This document shows, in pieces, positions 39,601 to 52,608 of a stretch of 64,000 bases of DNA (within the stretch, counting starts at the first letter, position 1; each line of letters starts with the position of its first letter). The DNA is from Bugula neritina. Taxonomy: Eukaryota; Animalia; Bryozoa. The stretch lies in the NCBI GenBank assembly GCA_964035545.1, contig OZ037768.1:5550741-5614740 (forward strand). Direction: 5' to 3'. The translations under genes and the position numbers were made by a program. The notes beneath the pieces were generated by a model, which was not told where the DNA came from, made no database searches, and worked only from the letters and a program-made list of their open reading frames with translations.

Positions 39601-42600
39601 TGGGAAGGTTATATCTGGTCTGAGAAGACTCACAAAGCTCGATCTCTCCAAAAACAATCTGACTAGTGTGACGGCAGCCATGATACCCACAAACACATCA
39701 CTCAGGCAGCTGTGAGTAGATACAGTAAGGCAGTCATAGGGGAACCTTCTAGAAACATAGATTGACTTTAGAGTTAGTCATTCAGTTTTCGTTGAAAAAC
39801 TCGACACTGAAAACTTGATCTATAAAACTATAATTTATTATGTATAAAGAAGCTTTTAATTCTTGTACCTTTTTTTAACCAACCCATGCTCTGTGCGCAC
39901 CCTTGAGATTTATTAGAAACTTTATGCACACAAAGTTTGAACATAGATGGCATAGCTTTAGTCAGTAGCAGATCATCTATTGTTTGTGTTCACACAATCG
40001 TTCTGATTTTGTCAAGATTAAGCTAATTTATTCAAAAAAAATTATTGGTAATTGAAATTTTAAAAATTTATAATGTAGATATTGGAAATTTGCTATTTTA
40101 TTTTCTCAAATTTGGTGGAGCAATATTGAAAGATGTTGCTTATTGGAGTGGCAACACAAACTTGGAAGTGAACTGAAATAGGATGAATATTGTTGGTCGA
40201 AAATATCCATCTTTTTCTCAGCTCTCTTCATCTGTTCACCAGACCATCAACTAAAAATTATTGAAAACACATTAGTTATCATTTTGTAGCTGACAAGGCT
40301 GGTTAATCTAACCAAAATGGCCATTATAGTATAATAATTCTTCCACAACCTTTGGTTAATACATTATGACAATTGGTATTGAGTGCATAGCAGCTCCTGT
40401 TCCAACATTGAGTGCAGTTAATTCGCTATAAAGTATGCTTGATCTCTACTCCTTGTTCTGTTATTTAGCCTTCTCAACAACAATGATATCTCCTCTATGG
40501 TGCCTGGTGCTTTTGCTGAAGTACCCACGCTGGAGAGGTTGAGATTGAGTAAAAACAGATTGAGTGTCATACCTACACAGCTGTTCTCAGATCTGCCTAA
40601 CCTACTAGCACTGTGAGTGTTATTCTATTGTATTATCTATTGTATGACACTAAATACAGTATCACAAGGCTGTGAGGAGGTAGGTGCAGTAATGGAGAAA
40701 TTGAGAAAAGCCTGTGTTCTAGATTGGAAATGTAGCAAAAGAAGTTATTTTCGCAAGAATTTCAACTCTCGTCCCAAACCAAAATGTAATAAAAAATTAA
40801 AAAACTTAGGCTATCTCCAATTCTCCACTACTGCTCCTTCAATCTGTATCCAAAAATAATTTTAAAGAAGTTTATGCCATGCTTTTTCATTATCGTTTGT
40901 GAGAGATGAGATTATTGTAGAAAATATCTGAATACAGATAAAAACATGGTTGATTAAATTTGTATTTAGCCCAACACCCAGGGAGACTTCACATCATCAA
41001 AGGCTATTGGAGTTAATTTATAGTTGCCATCTTTTGTATTTGCATTGTTTGCCCGTTTCAATGGCACTGAGGATATTCTTTAAAATATTGATTAATGCTT
41101 GATGTGAGAAACCACAGCGCATCCACTGTTGTGTTTTTTCTAGCTTATTGAAAGTTGTCAGTGAATGGACAACAATGGGCCAATGTCAAGCTATTTCTCT
41201 TGCTTTCAATGCTCTTTGAATTTGATATCACCCCCTTGGTTTTAAAGGATATGATATTTTCTCAACTGATTTCCAGAGCTCTGCTGCAACCTCAATAGTT
41301 ATAATCATATATGTTTTGTGATGTTTTCATACATTGATTTCTTGCAGAGTAATTTATTTTAAACTCTGGAGATGGCCATTGCCATAGGCATTCTGAGCTG
41401 TTATACAAATTTTATATGTTGACAGAGATCTGAGCAAGAACCGTCTTACCACCATTGGCCATCTCTATTTCACACGTCTTCTTAAAGTTAAGACGATCAA
41501 CTTGGAAAAGAACAGAATTAATAGATTACTAGATGGCTCATTCTACAAGTGCAAAGCGTTGGAAACATTGTAAGTAGCTGAATTTCTTTTCTCTACAATG
41601 TAACAGATTTCTGTAGAATTGTTGGATAGTCACTTGATATTTGGCCATCAAATGTTCCAATTGCCAATCTCTTGCGATGCAACACAACTGGCTGCAAAGG
41701 TTATGTTTTATCAGCAGCCATTTCTGCTCAGACCATGTCTATTTTATACCATTATATAATCATATGCAATTATCATATAATATCATATAATATCATATAT
41801 GCAATCATTATATAATGCAACCCAGCAGTGCCAAAGTGTCAACAGTTAGCTCTGTTTGCCTCAAGTTTTTCTACTGGCTGCTTGTTTCTAGTAAATTATG
41901 CCAAATTCTCTCACGCTTCACTGGAAACTGGGTTGGCAAGGCACGCTACTTGTATTACACCCCCTACTTACTTTTATTTCTAGAAACTTAGGCTACAATC
42001 AGCTGAATAACATAGTTGGAGGACCACTGTTTGGGCTGGACAATCTGACAGAGCTGTAAGTTTTTACACTTCGTCTTATCATCAGTCTATGCTATAACTG
42101 TAAGAGTTGTCAATGTCTGCAATACTTGAAGTATTATAACTATATACATGTATATATGGCTACTTTTCAAAGATTCCTTCAAATTCAAATTCTTTAGATT
42201 AAAATTGAAAGTAAATAAAGTGGTTGTGTGGTATACAAGTAAAATATTGTTAACCACTGATACGCAGTTCAAACAAATAGGTGGCAAAGCAACACCTGTT
42301 TCAATAGTTGCTAGCCGTCTTGTCAACAATTTGCAAATATTTCAGATAAAATATTGAAAGCTGCTGCTGTTGCATTGTCAGCAATTCACCAGTTAGTTGA
42401 GGCTGGTAACCACCACCACTCAATGCTGAAAATATTCCAGTCTAATAAAAAAGCTGTCAAAATGTTTTAAATGCCTGAATTGTTAAATCAATCACATTTC
42501 TTGTGAAAAGTCAATATAAGATGAAAATCCATTATTTATGTGAAACAAATTGAACAGATGTGTTATCTTCATGCCATCACGGGGTCTGTACACGAGAACT

Positions 42601-45600
42601 ACATACTTAGAGTCTGTATTTTGTAAACTCTAATAGCTGCATATAATTCTAGTCAAATAAAGGCCTTGGAATATATAGCCCCATATGTCACCTGCTCTCC
42701 CTTGTCAACTCACTTGCTTTGAATGTCTTGTGATATTTTGGCATTAGGTCAACATATTGAAAATAATTTAGTGTATAAATGTGTGGTGGACTAGCATAGG
42801 CCGAGTTCTTCTAAACTGTGCTGTATTATTTTAGGGTGCTGACTAAAAACAACATAAGCAGCATACAAGAGGGCACCTGGGCACAGGCTTCTCATATTAA
42901 AATACTGTGAGTACAGCTCTTAAATGTTGTAACTTCTTTTCAATCAACACCATAGAAATGCAGTCTAAGCCTTCTCTCATGGTTGATTATACAGTATAAG
43001 AAATATGCTCTGTGTTTGTTTGTTTTAATATCATTGGTTGATTTAGGAGATTGTAGCGTTAAAATTTGTTCAGGTTTGCAGAAAATTTTGAAGTGATGTG
43101 TACTGAAGTAAAAACTCTGCTGTCAACACTGTATTCACATATTCAGTATTTACATTATATCCCTTCTTTACATTGTATCCAGTCTTTACATTATATTCAT
43201 TGTAGTATGTATTATATCCATTGTTTAGCCCCACTCCAACATCAGTGTATAAAAATGTTTTGTGTTTGTTTACTGTAGCTTTTTATAAAATTTTATGCTT
43301 AGAGTTGTGGTAAATAGGAAAGTCTGGTGCAATATTTTTACAAGCCACCGAATTAAGTTAGTTGTGTGTGACATTGCTGGTATTGCCATAGATGGGGGAT
43401 ATTATTCACATTACTACTGCACTAGCATGCTGGGATATGTTACGTAATGCCATGTTCTTGTAGGGACATCTCCCATAATAAGTTGAATGCCATCAGTTTG
43501 ACTGACTTCACAAATGCTGGTAAACTTGCATCTCTCGACTTGGCCAACAACAAAATCAAGCAGATTGATCAGAATGCATTCAGAGACCTGACGTCACTTG
43601 ATAAATTGTAAGTTTCAAGTTAAAGTATCTAATCTCTAGAGGGCCTGCTAATGATGATTTATATGTTGGCCCAAATATTCGAGTACTGTACGGTAGTACT
43701 GTAGTTTCTACATTTTGGATTTTAATCCTGTAAAACTGGCAGTAGAGTTGAAGAAAGAGTTAGTTGAAAAATGCTCTTCTCTTGTGGTTTGCCTCATAAA
43801 TCAACAGACTTCCTGAGTCATTATTTGTGCAAATTCTGTATCGTGTCGCATCTGACTCCAAGAGGAAACTTCACCAGAGTATGTGTTGAGAGTGTAGCAG
43901 TGTAGCTTCATCTCTCAGTAAAGACTCTGTGTAACGATGACTGTTGGAACTGGAGAAGTCATGGTGTTATTCTGTTGATTGTAGAGACTTGAGTGGGAAT
44001 GAACTGTCGGATATTATCCAATCAACTCCGACCACCGCGTTCAGCTCTCTCACTGGTCTCACCAGCCTTGACCTCAGGGCTAACCGTCTACAGACCATCA
44101 CGGCCAAGTTACTCAGTGACATGGAGCAGCTTCAGACCCTCGACCTCAGTAACAATCCAGTAACTACAGTAGACAGCTATGCCTTCAACGCTTTGTCCCA
44201 CCTTACAATGTTGTGAGTACTACATCCCACCTAGCTGTGTTGTCTCCCACCTAGATATGTCATGTATGTGGAAGAACCCTCCTGAATAGCTGCAGGTTCT
44301 GTTATATCCTCCCCAACCTGCTTCACACACACATCTCTATTCATGAATAATTGGCTGCCCATTCGCCAATGTCAACATCTGACTGTTTTATTTGGAACTT
44401 GCAGCATGTTTTGTTGTTTTCTGTGTCAGCACGCTGCCTGACAGGATCCAAGAAGGTAGTGGACTTCAACTGCCTGATGACCTATGCATCACCAAATGTC
44501 TGCCATACTGTTTTATTTATAGCAGTTAAGGCATGAAGATTGTAGACTCTAAACCTAAGTGGTTAGAAGTATATATTGCTGTTTGCAGGGGCTTGTCTAC
44601 AAAGACCATGGTGTGTGACTGTAAAATATCATGGCTGCCTGAGTGGCTGCAGGATAAAAGGCTTCGGTCGGAGGTGGATGTGCAGTGTGCGCTGCCGACC
44701 TCATTGCGGGGTCAGAATCTGTTTGATATCAGCAGCAGCGAATTCATGTGTGATGGTGAGTGTTAATAGATAGAACAACCTTCACCTTGTTGATAAACAC
44801 GTTTGCTTATTGATCAGGTGGTGGTGACTTACCAATAATATCATGTAACAAGTTTTTGTGGTGTATTCAAATTTAAATAGAAAATTAATTTTGTTGCTAT
44901 TTTAGCAAGTTAGTAGTTCTTTCAATGCATATTCCACACTTAAATGAGTTGAAGTATTCTAAGAAAAGGTTTTTTGGCAAACTTCTTAACCTCTAAATGA
45001 GGTATAGACTTTCTAGGCATTTGGTTGCATTGAGTCAGTGAAAAATGAGTGCACAGCTGGGCAGCTGCCTGCTCGCTGCCTGCTTGCTGCCTCCTTGCCA
45101 TTGATTACATATATGAGAGATGAAAGATGAGAAAATTAGGGAAGTTAAGCTAATCAGGATGCGTAATAGTTTTCAGGCATTCCACTTACAGTCAAATGGA
45201 TTGCAGGTCTAGATAATAGATGACACAATGCGTGGCTATACATACACCTTCTCTCTTTCTCTGCTATTACAAACTTATTTCTACATACAAAGATATGCTT
45301 GTGTTAGGTTCATACTGCATATACAGCCACAATCTGGAAGTGATAGTTAGCTCTAATGGATGCCATATGTGTGAACTTCTGGATTTTTATTTACAATAAT
45401 AATGTGTATATCAGGAATGAGTTTATGCTCTCTGATCAACACATACAATGAGTTATACATTCCATATGTCACAAGATAACGTCAGCTGCCACTAGTTTAA
45501 AACAATCAAAATTCTTGCTTATATCTGAAATCCAGCTGTTGTATGTTTTTCTGAGCTGGCTGTTACCATATAATAGCCCTTCTTTATCTTTCTCTCACAC

Positions 45601-48600
45601 CAATGGGGTTGTTTCCATAGCCTCTTCACCTGTGCTCTGGCTAAGCTCTTCCTAACGGGTGGGTATGAAATGTTGTAGCTGACAACCCTATTAGACCTGT
45701 GATCACGCGAGGAATTCAGCCTACAAGTGCTCTGAAGACCTCAAATGTCACACTGACCTGCATAGCCACTGCCAGCACTCAGTCCCCTGTGATTGTGGAG
45801 TGGAGGAAAGATGGAGAGGTGTGTATTTCAGCTGTAGTCAACTTTGAAACTCTCAAAAATGTGTAGAATAATATTACTTGAAAATTTTGTCGGAAATAAA
45901 ATTGAGATGAGTTGAAGTCATGAATATTTTGGTCAGGAATTTTCACGCAAATGAATATTCATAGTTTTGGCTTCTGAAGTTGCATTCAATGTTGTTAGCG
46001 TTGCATAGCATGTGTACATTTGTTGTTCATACTGGAGCATGTAAATTCCAAATTAAGTTTCCGTGAAAAACCTGGCTATAAGGTAGTAGATTACGCATAG
46101 TGCAGCCGAGAGTGTTTGTGTTTTGCAGCTGATCCCAGAATCAAGTGGTAAGATCTCCACGGAGGCCAGTTCTGATAATGACCATGTGTCCCTCTTCACC
46201 ACTTACCTTAAGCTGGTGAACATCGACGAGGGCGACGAGGGCCACTATCAGTGCAGATTCAAAAATGACTTCGGAGATGTTTTCTCAACAATAGCTCAGC
46301 TAAAAGTGTTGGGTATGTGCAGCACTTGAAATACTGTATGTGCACTGAAATGACACAGTGTTTTGCACTATTTTTTGTATTATGAAATGTTGTGTTGGCT
46401 GTATATGGACAAATAACTATGGCAATATTGTAATTTGCAAAAAACTGTTTTTTAAATGTTGCCCAAATGTCATGTGCTGAAGACACATTATTGATGTTCC
46501 AGGCAAATTTTGGTATATGCTATGAATAAATTACACTGCTAATATCTTTTATTTTCACAGATAGATCAACTGGTTCTTTTTTTTTTACTATAAATTGTTA
46601 ATTTGCAGCTTTTATTTTGTTGAGGGAGCTGACATATTATTGGTATTGAGTTGTTTAATAATGCTATTGTGTTTGGTGTTTCAGTGTTCCCGTCGTTCAC
46701 CAGTGTTCCTAGCAGCGTAGTTGTGAAAGCTGGGCAGGATGCTAAGCTACTGTGTGAGGCCACAGGCTATCCTCAGCCTTTCCTCTCGTGGAGTAAAGAT
46801 GGTGGACGAAACTTTCCAGCCGCGAGAGACAGACGATTTCAAGTCAATCATTCCAAGTTGAATGAATTCATCATAAAGGCCGTGCAGTGGCAGGACAGGG
46901 GAGTGTACTACTGTAATGCTACTAACGAGGCAGGCAGTATTATCACCAACGCCACTGTCAGTGTCATAGGTGGGTTGATTGATTGAATTCAATGTGATGG
47001 TAAATATGTTTTTAGTTCTGCAAGTTATGTTGTTTTTTGGCTGTCAGAAGGAAAGTGTTTACAAAATATCACCTGTACTTGAAAATGTGCCAACCTTGGA
47101 GCTGAATAATTTGTCTGTTGAAATACCTGGTGACACTTTGGTACTAGTGTCAGATACCTTGACAGTTAGCAAGCACTCTTCTGTGTTTTCAGCTCTTTTT
47201 ACTACATAGGATCCTTATAATAGATAGACATATGCTAACTAGATCTATAAACCTGGTGTTGTTTTAACTCCCTGCCAAAAGCATCATGTGTGAACAGTAT
47301 GCCGTGTATTATGTAATGCTGTACATGTTTGTAGTTCCACCGAGGTTCACAGAAGACATATCCTGTACCAACACGAAGGCCGGTGCGTGGGTGCTGAAAT
47401 GTCAGGTAGACAGCCATCCAAACGCAGAAATATTCTGGTATAAAGATGGCCAAGTCATACAGGTGTGTACTGCTTCACTTTTTTTGCTGATTGATAAACT
47501 ATTATACAGTGTTGGATACGTGACGAACCAGATGTGGATAATTTATCAAACCTGGCGTCACCTTTCACAGCAAAAATTTACTAGTTTTTAAACGCCAATT
47601 TTGTGGTTTAATGAAATGTAATGTATTATTGATGTTGGGCTTATATAAACTTCTGCAGATGAGGTGAAATATGATGGCTGGCATTTTCTTGGACTCGGTT
47701 ATTTTATGATAGATGGCTTTGACAGTGTTTTATTTTTAAAAAAACAGCATTTCTTTTTATATGGTAATATTAATAATAACTGTGTTGTTTCAGGCCAGTG
47801 AGAAATACGTATTTTCTGTAACTTACAACAACCTCTTCATCTTGGGTGCCACTGTAGAGGACAATGGCTTATATAAATGCTCAGCCAGTAACCTACTCGG
47901 CAAAGTCACCCAGCAGTGTGAAATAAAGATGAAAGAATCAACAACAGAGGTGTGTATTTACGGTATACTAAATTGATTGCATACTAAATTCTTGTTCTTG
48001 TCGTTTTTGCCATCTAACCACCCAATTAATGGTTTTCATTCAGGTCCATGTTCCAGTACCCAATGTAGAGCCTGTCAAGAAGCCAACACCTTTGGATAAG
48101 AATACCATAACTGGATTGATAGTGATAGCGGTGGTGTGTTGTGTGGTGGGCACTTCTCTAGTGTGGGTGGTAATTATATACCAGATGCGCCGACGACAAA
48201 ACAGAAATAGCTCTACTGAGACAGGCGAGGCAACTGTGCCGTTAAATAGCGGCAGCAAAACATGTGCTAGTACACAGAAGATCGGTGACAGCATTAGCAA
48301 CAGCAGTAACAGCAGCAGTAGCAGTCAAACAAAAACAGATAGCTTTTTTGGTAAGTGCAGCTGTATTTTCAATAGTTTGTTAGACTTTGTCTCTTTCCCA
48401 CCAATACTTTGGCCTTGGGAATAGTCAACAAGTTATGTTTAGTAGTTTCAACTGGAATATTTGATAAGTAAGTAAATATTCTTGTTGCCTATTAAAACAT
48501 CCCTAATTAGATGGGAAGGATTAATGGTATGAAGCTGAGCTTGTTGCTGATCTAGTTCCACTGTAGATCTGTTGAAACAAGACATATGATTGGCTCATTG

Positions 48601-49937
48601 CATAAGACGTCCTCTTCTGTGTTGCAGAGTATAGAGGGCATTCTCCTCACACGTTCTCTCACAGCAGGGAAAAGTATCCTACTATGGACTCGGAGCTAGC
48701 GGCTGCTATGGAGCCTCTCAACCCTAAACAGGATTCTGTTGATAGTCTGGCACTCGAATCTTATACAAACAACGAATATTCGCGCCATACGGTTGGCGGT
48801 ATAAGAGACTGTCACAGGATAAAACCTTCTATTTCAGACTATTACACCTCAGAGAGGCAGGCAGCCCACCCTTTCAGTACATTCCAGCCGTCACGGCAGC
48901 ATCGCTTACAGAATAGTAAACAAACTGCGTCCAAACCGGCGCATAGTTCGTCTGTAGAAATGATGCCACATTCAGAGAGGAAGTTGCCTCCCCACCTCTC
49001 GTATGTACTACACCAGCTACAGGCACCAGCTCAGTTGCCACATGCAGTTGTAAACCCTGTCCATCCACACCAGAGTCCACACAGATCAACGCATCACTTA
49101 ACTAATCAATATGAAGACCCAGGTATGTTGTAGGCCATCAATTTCAGTAGCATTCAAATATAGAATGAATAGATATGCATAACAGGTCTGGGTGGTGCCA
49201 GATATGTGTGTGCAACAAACCTGCACACATTTAAGGAGTAGTGAGGAACAGAAAACTTGTGATAATTTATGATTTATCTGATTAGCTCACTGTGTAACTA
49301 CCATTACTTACATTAGCATTTTGTTAATGGGACATTATATTCAAGGTGATTACTCTGTCTGAAGCACTAATCAGGACTATTATAATAATTTACAGTATGA
49401 TTGATCAGTTACTCCCTACTAAGCTACAATTATAGTTCTAACATGGTGTGTATTTTTATGTTCTTAGGTTATATGAACTTGCTTCAACAATCTGTGAATA
49501 ATGTGCCCCAATCAAAAAGTATGAGCCAGTCAAAGGAGCCTAGCGATTATATGAATGTAGCCCCTAAAGATATACATATTTATCAAAACTCTTCTGTATT
49601 ATCAATAAATCCACAAACGAAGACTGAAAGTATGGAATCTCAAGGCAATGCCGAACAATTATTTGACGCTGAATCGCAGCCATCTCCGGACAACCTGGAC
49701 AATAGCAAGGATTGTGAAGGTGATGACCAGCACAATGCTGCAACAGCAGTCAAACCTCAATGTAGTAGTACTTCAAACTGTAATGGTCAGTCAGCTGATC
49801 ATATACCTCGAAGGCACCGGAGAGAAGCTTTAGCCGATAGCTCTTTTGTGGAGAAAAAGTATGGACTTGTATTTACTGGTGATGTTGGTGATAGGACAAG
49901 ACTGAAAAATCATACAGAAAGAACTGTCCAATCATGA
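33693..49937 (+). CDS. LRIG: Leucine-rich repeats and immunoglobulin-like domains protein (LRIG1/2/3 co-ortholog, lambik-like), ~1223 aa
   Basis: 20 in-frame exons: 33693-33868, 37781-37855, 38844-38918, 39191-39262, 39574-39711, 40469-40612, 41426-41569, 41984-42055, 42835-42906, 43464-43607, 43985-44212, 44589-44755, 45679-45818, 46129-46312, 46685-46969, 47335-47462, 47794-47949, 48044-48350, 48628-49122, 49468-49937. Signal peptide, mostly 72/144-nt phase-2 LRR exons, LRRCT (CDCKISWL), three Ig domains (including WSKDGGRNFPAARDRR), and the LRIG-diagnostic TM IVIAVVCCVVGTSLVWVVIIY. Confidence 0.95.
40682..40838. mobile_element. Small MITE-like inverted repeat in an LRIG intron
   Basis: Left GCAGTAATGGAGAAATTGAGAAAAGCCT versus reverse-complemented right GCAGTAGTGGAGAATTGGAGATAGCCT. 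Confidence 0.6.
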
Positions 49938-50808
49938 TGCAACATGTCTTTTCATTATTTTAACATGCATATCGCTCAATTATATTATGTTGACCTGTTC
50001 AAGTATAAACTCAATCCTACCTACCTGTTTTTTGTACAGTTCTATGCCAAATCTTGTACAGATTGTAAATTTATTTTGTTATGTAATTATTAATGTTAAC
50101 TTTAATAACCTTTTCAATACAAAATACATGTATGTATTTTATACATGTTTTCAGTTACCAAAGTTGTGTTTGCATGAAGTGGTCATATTTTTGTACTCAA
50201 TAAAATTTTTATCTGTATCAACTTTATAACAACTTTTCAACCAATTATCAGTTACAATGCTTGTTCTATTCATTACCTCTACAGCATGATGTGTGAATTA
50301 AATAAGTAACAACCTATCAACTTGAGTAAGTTTAATAATTCTTTGTTAAGAGTAGTAGCCCAGTAAGACCACATATCCACAATGAAGTGCAAAAATAGAG
50401 AACAATATAAATAATAAAAGCCACATTTAAACCAAATACCAATGGCTTAAAAAATGCATGATGTTGAAAAATAGTAACTTACAAACAAGAAAAGCAGACA
50501 GCTGATGAAAAATATAAAAATATAAATTGGAATTGTCTTCTCATAATTATAGTAGCCAACAACTTCGCTATACAAAGTTGTAATTTATTACATATTTGGG
50601 TTATACAGTCTCCCCAAATTTAAATGTAGAATGTGTTTACTATAATCAACTATATATATTAATAAATGAAGGTTTATATACCAAACCTGAGCATTATCAT
50701 ATATCCTACCTGGATAAAAATAAAAATATAGCACTAATGGATTTACAATAATCATAAAATTTATACTATATGTGTATATATAAATATTTTGTATTCTTAA
50801 ATGAAAAT

Positions 50809-52506
50809 TTATACTATACTACTTAAGCTGATCTCATCAAAGCCGTCATCCTTGCTAAGGCCAGCCAACTTTCTGCTGATATTCCAAACTTTTTGTCTAA
50901 GTTCTTTGTCATATGATTCAATGGAAGACCTTTCGGGTACACCATTCTCATAATAATTGCCGCTGAGCCCTGTCCAAATATACTGCACTTGAATATATAA
51001 ATTTCAACATGCAGAAGTACAGTCTGGTTGACACTTGCATATATATTAGTGCTAAAATAGTAAAACCAAGTAATCAATACTTGATAGTCACATGCATAAA
51101 GTTTTTACTCCACACTTAGTAATGATGTGTGATGCAAACATGTTTGCCTTCCTATAAATTTAATTTTATATATTCATCATCACAATATCTTGTATGTATT
51201 ATAAATAAGACAATTCAGCCTTAAACCCTCAAGCATTAAAATGAAACTCTTGTCTGCTATCTTGCATTATTATATCTCATTTCCAACACCAACTTGTTAA
51301 AAACCTAACTTAGATAATAGTTACAGTTTTCTTTCAACATGTAGTTAATATATTTCAAAGTATTTGATGTTGAGATAACTCCAAAGTGCCATGTATTGGA
51401 CAAGAAATAACACAAGAATTACAACTAAAATAAAAACTGGCCATCTACACAGTAATGAAACTACACTAACTGAGTATAAAAATAAAGTTATTGACTAAGC
51501 CAAAGTGCAGAGCAATGGAAGGAAATACATACCAAGACTAATTGACAGACATGATAAATTTGCTAGAAGATTATATAATATAAAGCTGAGTATTTAATAC
51601 CTTTATATTCATCAGATGTTGCAAGCAGAGCTATCTGTTTACCCGCTTGCCTTTTCGTCTGAGTGAATTTCGCACATCTTAAGAGATAATGAAGACAAAA
51701 CAATCTGAAGCATCTGGTTAGCTTACTTGCTTTGCTGTCTAACTGAGTGGAAGGTATCATGCCTATGTAACAGCAAACAACACAGTGTGACATATCCCTA
51801 TACATCTTAGGGTTAGAAATGTTTGATTGAAACTTTTAAAAAATGGAGATACGGTTGAGAGGTTGTCAACACATCTAAATAAATACACTCAAAAATGTTA
51901 CATTTACAGCCACAGGTGAAATTGTGAAAGAACAGATGATAATGTAACAGTATAAAAGCTTAAGAATTAAATAGGCTAAAGGCAAAATAAAGACTAAAAA
52001 CCAATAAAAATACTAAGTTAATGATGATATCTTACAAAAATTCACTGAAATTGCACGAGAACACAACTTCAGCAAATTATATTGTAAAGTTTTCCAGAGT
52101 AAGTCACAATTGAAACTGCTATTACAAATAAAAATAAACACAGAGCAGATTTGAGCAAATGCAAGACAATATGCAACAATATTTAACCAAAATTATGCCC
52201 TTGATTAGTGTATAAAACAGAGGTAGAGAAAATACAAGATGAGGAGTGTGGCACCTGTATATACACTCACCAGGATTGACAGAGTTCACAATGACACCAG
52301 TGCCCTGTAAGCTGTCTGCCAGCTGATAGGTAAATAGTACATTGCACAGTTTAGAGTTTTTATACGCCTGCTGGCTAGAGAAAGTTCCCTCCTTTGTCAG
52401 TTGGAAGTTATTAGTGTCCAGCTCAGATACTCCTAAATATTAACAATAGTAGTAGTAATAGTAGTAGTAGTGGTAGTAATGGTAATGGTAGTGGTAGTGG
52501 TAGTAA

Positions 52507-52572
<66 letters not shown>

Positions 52573-52573
52573 C

Positions 52574-52608
<35 letters not shown>

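Noticed and set aside
50823-51077. 84-aa minus-strand ORF
   Set aside because: Wrong frame. The real last SDR exon (50969-50809) reads GLSGNYYENG... in another frame.
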